The notes under the pieces are model-generated. The model had not been told where the DNA came from and ran no database searches. It saw nothing but the letters and a program-made list of their open reading frames with translations. From Xanthobacteraceae bacterium (GTDB lineage: Bacteria > Pseudomonadota > Alphaproteobacteria > Rhizobiales > Xanthobacteraceae), in contig JBEKWO010000005.1 in NCBI GenBank assembly GCA_049512975.1, positions 22,073 to 86,072 on the forward strand: 64,000 nucleotides of DNA. Direction: 5' to 3'. Shown here piece by piece: positions 8,777-18,981 of the stretch. The translations under genes and the position numbers were made by a program. How positions within the stretch are numbered: position 1 is the first letter of the stretch; each line of letters begins with the position of its first letter.

Positions 8777-9277
8777 TTACGCCTCGCCGGATGTCTCGAA
8801 CATGGCGGAGTCCATGGCTTCGCGCGCGGATTTGCCCGCCCAAACGACGAACTGGAACGCCGGATAATAGCGTTCACACGCGTCGAGCGCGGCGCCGAAC
8901 ACCGCCTCGCACTGCCGGCCCGAAGCGGCGACGCCGCCTGGCAGCAGCAGCGCATGGCGGAACATCACCACGCCGTTCTGCATCCAGACGTCGAAATGCC
9001 CGACCCACAATTGCTCGTTGATCAGCGCGACGAGCTGCTGCACCTCGGACAGCCGCGGCTCCGGCACGCGCATGTCGAAGGCGCAGGCCAGATGCAGCGC
9101 TTCGATCTCGCTCATCCAGGTGAATGAAATCTGATAATCGGTCCATCGGCCGGTGACGACGATCGAGATTTCGTCCTCGCCGGCGCGTTCGAACGGCCAG
9201 TTGTGGCCGGCCGCCATGTGCTCGACCACGTCGAGGGGATTGGCGGCCGGGTCTCGCGCGATTTCGATAATGGACAT
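8777..9277 (-). CDS. YbjN-domain protein
   Basis: MSIIEIARDPAANPLDVVEHMAAGHNWPFERAGEDEISIVVTGRWTDYQISFTW.... This has a YbjN-like layout and lies upstream of proC. The family assignment is from memory. Confidence 0.6.
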   Translation of the reverse strand: MSIIEIARDPAANPLDVVEHMAAGHNWPFERAGEDEISIVVTGRWTDYQISFTWMSEIEALHLACAFDMRVPEPRLSEVQQLVALINEQLWVGHFDVWMQNGVVMFRHALLLPGGVAASGRQCEAVFGAALDACERYYPAFQFVVWAGKSAREAMDSAMFETSGEA

Positions 9278-9693
9278 GCCGCCTCCACAGCGCCGCTCGA
9301 GTGGAAATGCGCACGCCACTGAACATTGCCGATAGCCGGGCTGCGATTTGACGCAGGACAACTCGCCCGGCGGCTTGACTGAACGTCGCGAATCACTCGG
9401 CGCACCGACTATAGAACGCGCGATTCCTTCCAACAAAACCGGCGCTGGAGCTGTCCGGCGCGCGGCTCGTACCGGCACTCATGAAGTGATTTGCCGCCGC
9501 GGCACAAGCGGGAAGACAGGCCGTCCACAGACCAGTCTGCGACAGTTTGACTCGGGGGTAGGGTGGGGGCGGCGGAAGCGGCCTTGAGGGCCTGGATTGA
9601 ACTAGACGTAACTCATTGAAATGACTCGTTCCCGTCTCGCGAAGCGGCAAGACAGAGTCAGTTCAATGGGTTGGCTCCAATTGAATACGGCCG

Positions 9694-10650
9694 CTAGTCG
9701 AAGAACAGGCTCGATACCGACTCGGCACCGGCGATCCGGTTGATCGCCTCCCCGATCAGCGTCGCGATCGGCAGCACCCGGATGTTGCGGGAGGCGGTGA
9801 CCGCCTCGGTGGGTTGGATCGAGTCGGTAATCACCAGTTCCTTGAGGTTGGAATTATTCACCCGGGCGACTGCCCCGCCCGACAGCACGCCGTGACTGAT
9901 ATAGGCGTAGACTGCGCTGGCGCCCTTTTCCAGCAAGGCGTCGGCGGCGTTGAGCAGCGTGCCGCCGGAATCCACGATATCGTCGACCAGGATGCAGATG
10001 CCGCCGTCCACCTCGCCGATGACGTTGGCCACCTCGGACTCGCCCGGCCGCTCGCGCCGCTTGTCGACGATGGCGAGCGGCGCATTGATGCGCTTGGCGA
10101 GGCCGCGGGCGCGCACCACGCCGCCGACGTCGGGCGACACCACGATGACCTTGGCGAGATCGAAGCGCTGTTTGATGTCCCGTACCATGACCGGCGAGGC
10201 AAACAGGTTGTCGGTGGGGATATCGAAGAAGCCCTGAATCTGTCCGGCGTGCAGATCGAGCGTCAGCACGCGGTCGGCGCCGGCGCGGGTAATCAGGTTG
10301 GAGACCAGCTTGGCGGAAATCGGCGTGCGCGGGCCGGGTTTGCGATCCTGCCGGGCGTAGCCGAAATAGGGGATCACCGCGGTGATGCGCTGTGCCGAGG
10401 CGCGGCGCAGCGCGTCGATGATGATGAGCAATTCCATCAGGTGGTCGTTGGCCGGGTATGACGTCGACTGAATGGCAAAAACGTCGGCGCCGCGCACGTT
10501 CTCCTGGATTTCGACAAAAATCTCCATGTCGGCGAAACGGCGCACCACCGCCTTGGTCAACGGGATGCCGGTATAGGCGCCGATCCCCTCGGCCAGCACA
10601 GGATTCGAGTTGCCGGCGATGAGCTTGATGGCTCCGTTGTTGCTCGCCAT
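9694..10650 (-). CDS. prs: ribose-phosphate pyrophosphokinase
   Basis: [21 protein letters not shown]...[10 protein letters not shown]...[11 protein letters not shown]...[13 protein letters not shown]. These are the canonical PRPP synthetase motifs. Start is at the ATG at 10650. Confidence 0.93.
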   Translation of the reverse strand: MASNNGAIKLIAGNSNPVLAEGIGAYTGIPLTKAVVRRFADMEIFVEIQENVRGADVFAIQSTSYPANDHLMELLIIIDALRRASAQRITAVIPYFGYARQDRKPGPRTPISAKLVSNLITRAGADRVLTLDLHAGQIQGFFDIPTDNLFASPVMVRDIKQRFDLAKVIVVSPDVGGVVRARGLAKRINAPLAIVDKRRERPGESEVANVIGEVDGGICILVDDIVDSGGTLLNAADALLEKGASAVYAYISHGVLSGGAVARVNNSNLKELVITDSIQPTEAVTASRNIRVLPIATLIGEAINRIAGAESVSSLFFD

Positions 10651-10676
10651 TCCGCTCCCCTGCGCGCCCGCGCGGT

Positions 10677-10737
10677 CAGAGCATGATCCCGAAAAGTAGT
10701 ACCGGTTTTCGGACAAGATCAGGCTCAAACAAAAGCC
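10677..10737. repeat. short palindromic intergenic repeat (GAGCATGATCCCGAAAAG...CGGTTTTCGGACAAGATCAGGCTCAAACAAAAGCC)
   Basis: Imperfect hairpin TGATC-CCGAAAA / TTTTCGG-acaa-GATCA. It resembles a repeat family I recall as common in Bradyrhizobiaceae intergenic regions. That recollection is not verifiable here. Confidence 0.5.
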
Positions 10738-10904
10738 AGGACCTGATACAAGCCGCTTCGGGGGCTGGCAACATGAATCGCGGTCTTGTCCCCGCAGGAT
10801 TTCGGCTGCAATCGCAATAGCTTTGCGGCTTGGTAAATGGTGGGCAGCGAATGGCGAATGTGAGCAGCAGATAGGACCGGGTCTACGTACCCGTTCGCCG
10901 CTCG

Positions 10905-11684
10905 CTACGCGCCATTCGCGCTGGTCAGGGCAATGGCGTTGACGTGACGTCCGTAATCCGCTTCGGCGCGGTGGGTCGAGCGGCGGAAGCTGAAAAACCG
11001 CACCGGATCGGCGTAGGTGCACAGGCCCACATCCTCGACCTCGCGAATACCCGCCCGATGCAGCTGGGCCGCGATATAGGCCGCCAGATCGAACAGCGCA
11101 TGGCCGCTGCGCGATGCCGGCACGAAGAAACGCTCGCTGGCCGAATCCTCGGCGGCAAAGCGCGCGATGAGGTCGGCGCCGACCTCGTAATTATGTTGCC
11201 GGATCATCGGGCCGAGCGCGGCGCGGATCCGGCTGCGTTCGGCGCCGAGCCGCTCCATCGCCGCGACCGTTGCCTCCAGAATACCGGCCAGCGCACCGCG
11301 CCAGCCGGCATGCGCCGCGCCGATCACGCGGGCCCGCGGATCGGCGAGAAGGATCGGACCGCAATCGGCGGTCGTCACCGCGATCGCGAGGCCGGGCATC
11401 GAGGTGACGATGGCATCGCCGCGCGGACGCGATTCCGGCGGCCAAGGCGCCGTAGCGACGACGACATGCGGCGAGTGGACCTGGTGGGCGGCGAGCAAAC
11501 GGTGCGGCTCGACATCAAGCGCCACCGCCATGCGCGCACGATTTTCCGCGACATGGGCGGCACTGTCGCGCGAACCGACACCGCCATTGAGACTGGCATA
11601 GAGGCCGCCGGAGACGCCGCCTTGCCGCGTGAAGAAGGCGTGGCGGACGCCGGGAAGCGCAAGGGTCTGGGCTTGGATCATCAT
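10905..11684 (-). CDS. pgeF: peptidoglycan editing factor PgeF (YfiH/laccase-domain, DUF152)
   Basis: 259 aa: ...[11 protein letters not shown]...HQVHS...[14 protein letters not shown]...GAAHAGWRG.... Confidence 0.85.
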   Translation of the reverse strand: MMIQAQTLALPGVRHAFFTRQGGVSGGLYASLNGGVGSRDSAAHVAENRARMAVALDVEPHRLLAAHQVHSPHVVVATAPWPPESRPRGDAIVTSMPGLAIAVTTADCGPILLADPRARVIGAAHAGWRGALAGILEATVAAMERLGAERSRIRAALGPMIRQHNYEVGADLIARFAAEDSASERFFVPASRSGHALFDLAAYIAAQLHRAGIREVEDVGLCTYADPVRFFSFRRSTHRAEADYGRHVNAIALTSANGA

Positions 11685-11686
11685 CG

Positions 11687-12793
11687 CTACGTCTCGAAGG
11701 CCGGCAGTTCTCCGAGCTTCGGGTCGGCGATGGCAAGCGCCTTGAACAACTCACCCATGCCGCGGGGGCCGGTCGCGGTCAGCCGGGCGAGCGCCTGGTC
11801 GATCTCGGCTGCCCTCTCCGGCGCGCGCGCCTTGAGCGCGGCCGCGCGTTGGTCGATGCCGAGCCCGCGCAGCAGATCGCGCTGAGAAATAGGGCCGTGG
11901 ATGCGCCCGCCGATAATTTGCGCGCTTTGCGCCAGCGCCGCAAAATCGACATGCGCCGTGAGATCGGCTTCGCCCGGCGCGCGCAGCGGGTCGGTAAAGG
12001 AATGCCCGGTAACAGCCTGCAACGTCTCGCCCAGCCCGTACCAGGCGTGACCGTAGTCAATGATCAGAGCGGCGCCGTCGGTCCGCACCCGCCGTCCGAT
12101 TTCGAGCGCGACGGTGTCGGAGCGCCATTCATAGACCGAGCCCACGGGCGACTGACGCAAGCCCCGAGGCAGTGTCGCCTCGAAATGCGGCAGCGGATCG
12201 CGCGCGATGCCGATGGCAAGTTCTCCGCTGGGCGCGATCTCGACAACGCGCTCCTGCCAGCCGTCGGCTTGTTTGATCGCCTGGTGAACCGGCAGCGCGT
12301 CGACGAATTCGTTGGCTATGATGATGGTGGGGCCGCTCGGAATCTCGGCGAGGACGCTATGCCACAGGATCGGCACGCCGAGACTTTCCAGCCGCTGCTG
12401 TTGCACTTGCTGCAGCTTGGGGCTGATTTCGACCAAATGAACGACGGCGGCTGCATAAAAGTCGGCTGCGACTTTCGCCGCGCGCAAAGCATCGCTCATC
12501 AGCGTGCCGCGGCCGGGCCCGAGTTCGACGACGCGCACGTTTTCCGGCGACCCCATCTGCTGCCACACCGCCACCATCCACACTCCGATCAGCTCGCCGA
12601 ACATCTGGCTGACCTCGGGCGCGGTGACGAAGTCGCCATGGGCGCCGAGCGGATCGCGGGTGACGTAATAGCCGTATTGCGGATGCGTAAGGCACAGCCG
12701 CATGTATTCGGCGATCGACATCGGCCCGGCGATGGCGATCAAGCGCCGGATCGCGTTTTCCAGCGGCGAGCGTTCCTCAGCCATGTTCGGCAA
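11687..12793 (-). CDS. class I SAM-dependent methyltransferase, DUF185 (MidA/NDUFAF7-like)
   Basis: 368 aa: ...[18 protein letters not shown]...[13 protein letters not shown].... It lies between lgt and pgeF. Confidence 0.8.
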   Translation of the reverse strand: MPNMAEERSPLENAIRRLIAIAGPMSIAEYMRLCLTHPQYGYYVTRDPLGAHGDFVTAPEVSQMFGELIGVWMVAVWQQMGSPENVRVVELGPGRGTLMSDALRAAKVAADFYAAAVVHLVEISPKLQQVQQQRLESLGVPILWHSVLAEIPSGPTIIIANEFVDALPVHQAIKQADGWQERVVEIAPSGELAIGIARDPLPHFEATLPRGLRQSPVGSVYEWRSDTVALEIGRRVRTDGAALIIDYGHAWYGLGETLQAVTGHSFTDPLRAPGEADLTAHVDFAALAQSAQIIGGRIHGPISQRDLLRGLGIDQRAAALKARAPERAAEIDQALARLTATGPRGMGELFKALAIADPKLGELPAFET

Positions 12794-13607
12794 TCGGCTG
12801 GCGGGTCAAGGCAAAGCCGAGCACGGCGATGCCGGCCAATATCAGCGGAATGCAGAGCAGCATCCCCATGGTGAGGCCGCCCCAGAGAAAGCCGAGCTGC
12901 GCGTCCGGCTCGCGAAAAAATTCGCAGACAATGCGGGCGACACCATAGCCGAGAAAGAAAGCTCCGGTGACGACACCGGGCCGCTTGAGCGCGCCCATGC
13001 GCACCAGCAGTCCAAGCACGACGAGCAGGACCAGGCCTTCGAGCACCGCCTCGTAGAGCTGGCTGGGATGGCGCGGGATCGGGCCGCCGTAAGGAAAGAT
13101 CATGGCCCAGGGCACGTCGGTCGGCCGGCCCCACAACTCGCCATTGATGAAATTGGCGACACGGCCGAGAAACAGTCCGATCGGGGCGACCGCGGTCGTG
13201 ACGTCGCCGAGCGACAGCATCGGCACGTTGCGGCGCCACGCGAACAGCACGGTGGCTAGGATGCAGCCCAGCACGCCGCCGTGGAATGACATGCCGCCGT
13301 TCCACAGCTCGAAAATTTCCAGGGGGTGCGCCGCGAAGTGCGGCAGATTGTAGAACAGCACGTAGCCGATGCGGCCGCCGAGGATGATGCCGAGGGTGAT
13401 CCAAATCACGAAGTCGTCGAAGTCGACCAGAGTGAACGGCGCCGGCCCGCCCCACAGCCGCCGCGAAACGATGACGGCGCGCGCATAGAACCAGCCGGCG
13501 ATAATGCCGACGATATAGGCGAGCGCATACCAGCGCACCGCGAGCGGGCCGATGGAAATCAGCACCGGATTGATCGCAGGGAACGGCAGGACCGGCAGGA
13601 TCAGCAT
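12777..13607 (-). CDS. lgt: prolipoprotein diacylglyceryl transferase
   Basis: 276 aa polytopic membrane protein with the motifs GGMSFHGG and [16 protein letters not shown]. Confidence 0.92.
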   Translation of the reverse strand: MLILPVLPFPAINPVLISIGPLAVRWYALAYIVGIIAGWFYARAVIVSRRLWGGPAPFTLVDFDDFVIWITLGIILGGRIGYVLFYNLPHFAAHPLEIFELWNGGMSFHGGVLGCILATVLFAWRRNVPMLSLGDVTTAVAPIGLFLGRVANFINGELWGRPTDVPWAMIFPYGGPIPRHPSQLYEAVLEGLVLLVVLGLLVRMGALKRPGVVTGAFFLGYGVARIVCEFFREPDAQLGFLWGGLTMGMLLCIPLILAGIAVLGFALTRQPIAEHG

Positions 13608-13759
13608 CGGGGAGTCCCACGCGGGCGCGCCGCGCCCTTCTTCATGGTGCCGGGTTTCTCAGCCCCGCGCACTTGCGATGGCGCCGTACCATTGCCATTG
13701 TCTGCGAGCATAGCAAGCGTGCGGGCGACGGGGCTCGCCAACCGGGTTCGGAGGCGGAG

Positions 13760-14071
13760 ATGGTGCAGACGACGAACCGGTTTTTCGACGAGGTGGCTCG
13801 CTTGATGAACGACGCGGCCGGTGTTGCGCAAGGCGTGCGGCGCGAGTTTGAGACGCTGTTCCGCAGCCAGGCGGAGCGCATCCTGCGCGACCTCGCCGTC
13901 GTCCAGCGCGAGGAGTTCGAGGCCGTCAAGGACATGGCCCGTCTCGCCCGTGAAGAGAACGAAGTGCTCAAGACCCGGATCGCGGCGCTCGAAGCGAGGC
14001 TCGCCGGAGCAAATTCGCCGTCCGAGGCCCCGGGACCGGCCACTCCGGGGGTCAATCCTGGCAGGCTCTGA
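13760..14071 (+). CDS. ubiK: accessory factor UbiK family protein (BMFP coiled-coil)
   Basis: MVQTTNRFFDEVARLMNDAAGVAQGVRREFETLFRSQAERIL...EEFEAVKDM.... The GGAGGCGGAG Shine-Dalgarno sequence ends one nt upstream of the ATG at 13760. Confidence 0.75.
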   Translation: MVQTTNRFFDEVARLMNDAAGVAQGVRREFETLFRSQAERILRDLAVVQREEFEAVKDMARLAREENEVLKTRIAALEARLAGANSPSEAPGPATPGVNPGRL

Positions 14072-14218
14072 GGCCATAACGTCGCCCACGCGCCTTCCTT
14101 GTTTTTCACGACCCGCGCCGCTATAAGCGCCGCGACCGCGGCAAAGCACTGGATTTTTGCACCCCTGGAGGCAGCCGCGGGGATCCACGCTTATTAAGGC
14201 TAAGACGAGGACTACATC

Positions 14219-14980
14219 ATGGCGACCGTCAATCTGATCAAGGCGGCTGCGCGTCCACGGGCCGGCAAGGGGACCGCCCGGGCAGAGCGTCGCGCCGGCC
14301 GCGTACCCGGTATCATCTACGGCGACGGCAAGCCGCCGCTGCCGATCTCGCTCGACTACGCCGATCTGCGGCAGCGCATTTATGCGGGGCATTTTCTCAC
14401 CACCATTCACGACGTCGAGATCGACGGCGTGAAGCACCGCGTCATTCCCCGGGATTTCCAGCTCGACGCCGTCCGCGATCTGCCGCTGCATGTCGACTTC
14501 ATGCGGCTTGGCGAGGGCGCGACGATCCGCGTCAATATCCCGATCCACGTCAAGAACGCCGACCAGTCGCCGGGCGTCAAACGCGGCGGAACAGTCAGCA
14601 TCGTGACCCATAGCATCGAAGTGCGCTGTCAGGCCGACGCCATTCCCGGCGCCATCGAGGTCGACGTAAGCGAGCTGGAGATCAACTACTCCAAGCACCT
14701 CAGCGATATCACGCTGCCGCCGGGCGTCCGCGTTGTCGCCGCCAGGGACATAACGCTGGTCACGGTGGTGCCGCCGTCGGGCTATGCGGAAGAGATGAAA
14801 GCTGCCGCCGAGGCTGCTGCCGCCGCCGCCGCTGCGGCTGCTGCCGCGGCCGCCGCCGGCGCGCCCGCCGAGGGCGCAGCGCCCGGTGCGGCTCCTGGCG
14901 CAGCCCCCGCTGGCGCTGCTGCCGCTGCGGCGCCCGCCGCCGCTGCGGCGCCGGCCGCCGGAGCGGCCCAGAAGAAGTGA
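14219..14980 (+). CDS. rplY: 50S ribosomal protein L25/general stress protein Ctc, with a long Ala/Pro-rich C-terminal tail
   Basis: MATVNLIKAAARPRAGKGTARAERRAGRVPGIIYG.... It lies upstream of pth. Confidence 0.9.
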   Translation: MATVNLIKAAARPRAGKGTARAERRAGRVPGIIYGDGKPPLPISLDYADLRQRIYAGHFLTTIHDVEIDGVKHRVIPRDFQLDAVRDLPLHVDFMRLGEGATIRVNIPIHVKNADQSPGVKRGGTVSIVTHSIEVRCQADAIPGAIEVDVSELEINYSKHLSDITLPPGVRVVAARDITLVTVVPPSGYAEEMKAAAEAAAAAAAAAAAAAAAGAPAEGAAPGAAPGAAPAGAAAAAAPAAAAAPAAGAAQKK

Positions 14981-15004
14981 GGTCGCGCACGCGGGACGAA
15001 GCCG

Positions 15005-15625
15005 ATGCTGCTCCTGGTCGGACTCGGAAATCCGGGAGCACGCTATGTCGGCACCCGCCACAACGTCGGCTTCATGACGGTTCAGGCGATCGCGAAGCGC
15101 CACGGCATCGGGCCGTGGCGCCGCCGCTTCCAGGGCGTCGCCTGCGAGGGGACGCTCGGCGGCGCGCGCGTGCTGCTGCTCCTGCCCGGCACCTATATGA
15201 ATGAATCCGGCCGCGCCGTCGCCGAGGCGGCGCATTTTTACAAGCTGCCGCTTGCCGATATCACGGTGTTCCACGACGAGATCGAGCTGGCGCCGGGCAA
15301 GGTCAGGGTCAAGGTCGGCGGCGGCATTGCCGGGCATAACGGGCTGCGCTCGGTCAGCGAGCACATCGGCAACGATTACCATCGCGTGCGCATCGGCGTC
15401 GGCCATCCCGGCCACAAGGATCTAGTGGAGCATTATGTGCTCAGCGATTTCGCCAAGAGCGAGCAGCGCTGGGTCGAGGCGCTCACCGACATCCTCGCCG
15501 ACAATGTCGATTTTCTCGTCCGCGGCGAGGACGCGAGTTTTCAGAACAAGGTCCACCTCGCCATGGTGGCGAAGGGATTTGGACAGCAAGACCAGGACTC
15601 CAACGGCGATCACGCCGGCGCGTGA
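15005..15625 (+). CDS. pth: peptidyl-tRNA hydrolase
   Basis: [23 protein letters not shown]...[11 protein letters not shown].... Confidence 0.93.
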   Translation: MLLLVGLGNPGARYVGTRHNVGFMTVQAIAKRHGIGPWRRRFQGVACEGTLGGARVLLLLPGTYMNESGRAVAEAAHFYKLPLADITVFHDEIELAPGKVRVKVGGGIAGHNGLRSVSEHIGNDYHRVRIGVGHPGHKDLVEHYVLSDFAKSEQRWVEALTDILADNVDFLVRGEDASFQNKVHLAMVAKGFGQQDQDSNGDHAGA

Positions 15626-15653
15626 ATCGCCGGCTAACCGGTGAAAATCGTTC

Positions 15654-16751
15654 ATGGGCTTCAAATGCGGCATCGTCGGCCTGCCGAATGTCGGCAAGTC
15701 GACCCTCTTTAACGCGTTGACCGAAACCGCGGCGGCGCAGGCGGTGAATTATCCGTTCTGCACCATCGAGCCGAATGTCGGCGAGGTCGCGGTGCCGGAC
15801 CCGCGGCTGGAAACGCTGGCGGTGCTCGCCAAATCGGCGACGATCGTGCCGACGCGGCTCACCTTCGTCGACATCGCCGGCCTGGTGCGCGGCGCCTCGA
15901 AAGGCGAGGGGCTGGGCAACCAGTTTCTCGCCAATATCCGCGAGGTCGACGCCATCGCGCATGTGGTGCGCTGCTTCGAGGACACCGACGTGACCCACGT
16001 CGAAGGCCGCATCGATCCGATCGCCGATATCGAAACCGTCGAGACCGAATTGATGCTCGCCGATCTCGACAGCCTGGAGCGGCGCGTCGACGGATTAAGC
16101 AAAAAGGCCAAAGGCGGCGACAAAGAAGCGAAGGAAACGCTCGACCTGATCAATCGCGCGCTGGCGCTCTTGCGCGAGGGCAAGCCCGCGCGCCTGACCG
16201 CGCGCAAGCCCGAGGAGGAGCGCGCGTTCCACATGCTCGGGCTCCTCACCTCGCTGCCGGTGCTCTACGTCTGTAATGTCGAGGAGGCTTCGGCCGCGAG
16301 CGGCAACGCTTATGCGCGCCAGGTCGAAGCCAGAGCCGCGGCGGAGGGCGCCGCCGCCATCGTCATCTCGGCCAAGATCGAGGCCGAGATCGCGGTGCTC
16401 GCGCGCGACGAACGCAACGATTATCTGGCCGCTGTCGGTCTTGAGGAAGCTGGACTCGATCGCCTGATCCGTGCCGGTTATGCGCTGCTCGACCTCGTGA
16501 CCTTCTTCACCGCCGGGCCGAAGGAGACGCGCGCCTGGACGGTGACGCGCGGCACCAAGGCGCCGCAAGCCGCGGGTGTCATCCACACCGATTTCGAGCA
16601 TGGCTTTATTCGCGCCGAGACGATCGCCTACGGCGACTACGTCGCGTACGGCGGCGAAGCCGGAACGCGCGATGCCGGCAAGATGCGGCTGGAGGGCAAG
16701 GACTACGTCGTCCAGGACGGCGACGTCATGCACTTCCGGTTCGCGACGTGA
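15654..16751 (+). CDS. ychF: redox-regulated ATPase YchF
   Basis: MGFKCGIVGLPNVGKSTLFNALT...FVDIAGLVRGASKGEGLGNQFL.... The C-terminal TGS-like region ends with MHFRFAT. Confidence 0.95.
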   Translation: MGFKCGIVGLPNVGKSTLFNALTETAAAQAVNYPFCTIEPNVGEVAVPDPRLETLAVLAKSATIVPTRLTFVDIAGLVRGASKGEGLGNQFLANIREVDAIAHVVRCFEDTDVTHVEGRIDPIADIETVETELMLADLDSLERRVDGLSKKAKGGDKEAKETLDLINRALALLREGKPARLTARKPEEERAFHMLGLLTSLPVLYVCNVEEASAASGNAYARQVEARAAAEGAAAIVISAKIEAEIAVLARDERNDYLAAVGLEEAGLDRLIRAGYALLDLVTFFTAGPKETRAWTVTRGTKAPQAAGVIHTDFEHGFIRAETIAYGDYVAYGGEAGTRDAGKMRLEGKDYVVQDGDVMHFRFAT

Positions 16752-16761
16752 ATCTCAGTGT

Positions 16762-16794
16762 CAGTAATCAGTAATCAAAGGAATCTGATTACTG
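16762..16794. repeat. hairpin CAGTAATCAG-N13-CTGATTACTG between convergent ychF and the DUF4282 gene
   Basis: Perfect 10-bp stem. The same CAGTAATCA/TGATTACTG arms recur at 23155-23199. No U-run follows, so it is not a canonical intrinsic terminator. Confidence 0.7.
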
Positions 16795-17091
16795 TCCTCT
16801 GATCCCTGTTCCCTGATTCCTGATGGCGCCAAGGTGCTCGTTGATGCGGAACACGATGAGCACGAATTCGGCCATGATGCGCGCGAAGATGACGCCCATG
16901 CAGGCGCCGAGCAGGCTGGCGATGAGAGTGATCATGCCGACGAAGGGATTGAACGCCATGGTGGCGAGCGAGGACACCGCGCCGGCGACCCCGAGCAGGA
17001 TCGAAATCACGACGGCGAGCCAGTAGAAGACCTTGATGATCGTGGGCGTTACGAACCGCTCCCACTGGAACAAGTCGCCAATGCCGAACAT
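16789..17091 (-). CDS. DUF4282-domain small membrane protein
   Basis: 100 aa: MFGIGDLFQWERFVTPTIIKVFYWLAVVISILLG.... It has two TM helices. The family is recalled from memory. Confidence 0.7.
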   Translation of the reverse strand: MFGIGDLFQWERFVTPTIIKVFYWLAVVISILLGVAGAVSSLATMAFNPFVGMITLIASLLGACMGVIFARIMAEFVLIVFRINEHLGAIRNQGTGIRGQ

Positions 17092-17565
17092 GCTGGATCC
17101 TCCCCGGCGCGAACCACATGACCGTGACTGGGCGCCTGGCGTGCCGAATCTGCGCTGCTTGAGAAGCCCCTTATAGAGTGCACGCCGCCTTTGCGGTGGT
17201 CAAATCGAGCCTCCTTTGGCGGCGCGCGGACATATCCCGCCGCAAAAGTATGGCCCGACCACGGTTGCGCGTCGGCAATTTTGCGGCGCCGGAACGCCGG
17301 GAGTGGCGTTCGGCAACCACTTGCGCCGAGCAGGGACGCACCACGTGGCCGCGCGTTGGGTCGGCATGCTCGGATCGTTGCGTCCGACGCAAATGATGGA
17401 GTTCTCGATGAGAAACCACATCTCCTACACAGTTCTTTGCAGCGCAGCCACGGGGAGAATCGGCGGCGGTCAACACTTCTTTGCCGCGAGGGCGAAAAGC
17501 TGCTTGCTGCTTCCGCGGCGACCGGGTGTTATAATAACCCCAGCGATGGCACGGAGAACACGAAC

Positions 17566-17943
17566 ATGATTCTACCCGCGGCGCTGGCGCTTGGCGCGCA
17601 GCTCATGATGCCGGTCGCCGACGGCGTTCCTGTGCTCAACGTCGAGCAGGTCTGTGAGGGTATCGCCCAGCAGGGCGGCGTGACGTTCCATGATCCCGCC
17701 ATCGCCCAGGAGAAGAAGAACTGCCTGGACAGCGAGCAGGCCGTCCGCGAGGAACTCGTCAAGCAATGGTCGAGCTTTGCCGCCGCCGACGAGACCTCTT
17801 GCGTGAACGAATCGAGGATGGGTGGGGAGTCCAGCTACACCGAGCTGCTGACATGTCTGGAAATGGCGCGCGACGTCAGAGCCATGCGCAATGAGCAGCA
17901 GCAGCAGCAGGGTGCACCGAGCGGCGCCAAGCCGGCGCGCTAA
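17566..17943 (+). CDS. hypothetical secreted protein (Cys-containing, Gln-rich tail)
   Basis: GGAG Shine-Dalgarno sequence, then the ATG at 17566. MILPAALALGAQLMMPVADG looks like a signal peptide. The upstream extension to 17191 in the ORF track is Arg-rich junk. Confidence 0.55.
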   Translation: MILPAALALGAQLMMPVADGVPVLNVEQVCEGIAQQGGVTFHDPAIAQEKKNCLDSEQAVREELVKQWSSFAAADETSCVNESRMGGESSYTELLTCLEMARDVRAMRNEQQQQQGAPSGAKPAR

Positions 17944-17984
17944 CCGACTTTCCCCGCGGCCTTAAGATCGGCCGCAGTGCGAAC

Positions 17985-18806
17985 CTAATAGCCGAGCAGA
18001 ATTTCGCTGACCGCCGGGTTGACCGCCCGCAGCGCCGGATCGGACGAACTGTATTCATGGTCGGCCGGCAACGCGGTCACTGCATCGGCGGGGGCCTTCG
18101 GGTCGGCCTGCAGGCTGACGCCGGACTTGCAGCCGCCGGCAAGCGTCGCCAGCGCGCCGCCATCCCAGTCGCTGACGGTCGCGGCATTCGCTTTATCTTT
18201 GTCAAAGCCTTTGAGCTTGAACGGCTTGTGATTGAGCTTTTCCAGCTCCGCCAACGTCAGGCCGAGCCGCATACCGCCCGGCGCCCCCCAGGTCGATTGG
18301 CCGTTGATCAGGATGAGATAGATACCGCTGCGGTTCGTCGAATTGGACCACCAAATTTCGAGGCGGCGCTTGGGGTCTTTGGGGAACAGGATTGAGGCCC
18401 CCACCTTGGTGCCGTTGACGTCGATATCGCTAAAGGTGACGTTTCTCGAGTCGAAGGCCATGGCGAGCTTCAGATTGCCCGAGTCTTTGGCGAACGGACC
18501 GCTGCAGGCGACGTCGCGAAAGATCGCAGCCCGCGGTTGTTTCCGGGTGGCGGTGTGAGGCGCGGCCGGTGCGTCGCTCGCGGCATGCTTGGCCGCGTGC
18601 GCGTGACCGGGGACGGTCGGCGTCGGGACCGCAGCCGGCATGGGCTGTGTCACCTGCGACGGCGCGAGCTGATCATTGGCATCGAGGCTTGGATCGTACT
18701 GCAGCGCCGGAGCCGGTCTCGTCTGCGGCTGCTGCGCCCAGGGCGAGCCGGCCATTCCCAGGGCGAGGCCGGCTATCAACGCTGCTTCGATCAATCGCCG
18801 ATGCAT
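17985..18806 (-). CDS. hypothetical secreted protein
   Basis: MHRRLIEAALIAGLALGMAGSPWAQQ is a signal peptide, followed by a Pro/Ala-rich linker and a globular C-terminal domain. I do not recognise a family. Confidence 0.6.
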   Translation of the reverse strand: MHRRLIEAALIAGLALGMAGSPWAQQPQTRPAPALQYDPSLDANDQLAPSQVTQPMPAAVPTPTVPGHAHAAKHAASDAPAAPHTATRKQPRAAIFRDVACSGPFAKDSGNLKLAMAFDSRNVTFSDIDVNGTKVGASILFPKDPKRRLEIWWSNSTNRSGIYLILINGQSTWGAPGGMRLGLTLAELEKLNHKPFKLKGFDKDKANAATVSDWDGGALATLAGGCKSGVSLQADPKAPADAVTALPADHEYSSSDPALRAVNPAVSEILLGY

Positions 18807-18939
18807 TCTAAGCGCCTCCCGTGCCGCGCGTGACGTAAAAGCATAGCATAGCAATCGGGGCTGCGAAAATTCCGTTGGTGGTGATTGTGTGCTCAGGCCC
18901 GCCGTGTTCGGCGTCGGTCAGCTTGGTGGGATAATGTTT

Positions 18940-18981
18940 TGGTGGAGCCAGGGGAGTCGAACCCCCGACCTCTTGAATGCC
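18940..18981 (-). repeat. direct repeat of the 3' half of tRNA-Ala(GGC) (att-like islet boundary)
   Basis: TGGTGGAGCCAGGGGAGTCGAACCCCCGACCTCTTGAATGCC equals 23046-23088 except for one fewer G in a G-run. It has the same orientation as the intact tRNA. Confidence 0.85.

Noticed and set aside
13601-15415. 604-aa minus-strand ORF
   Set aside because: It is antisense to ubiK, rplY and pth, which are all recognisable. Its composition is dominated by R, G, A and D. It is a shadow ORF.
17191-17565. N-terminal extension of the 250-aa ORF, and the overlapping 117-aa ORF
   Set aside because: The extension is Arg-rich, has no RBS, and precedes a good SD plus ATG plus signal peptide at 17566. It is treated as non-coding.
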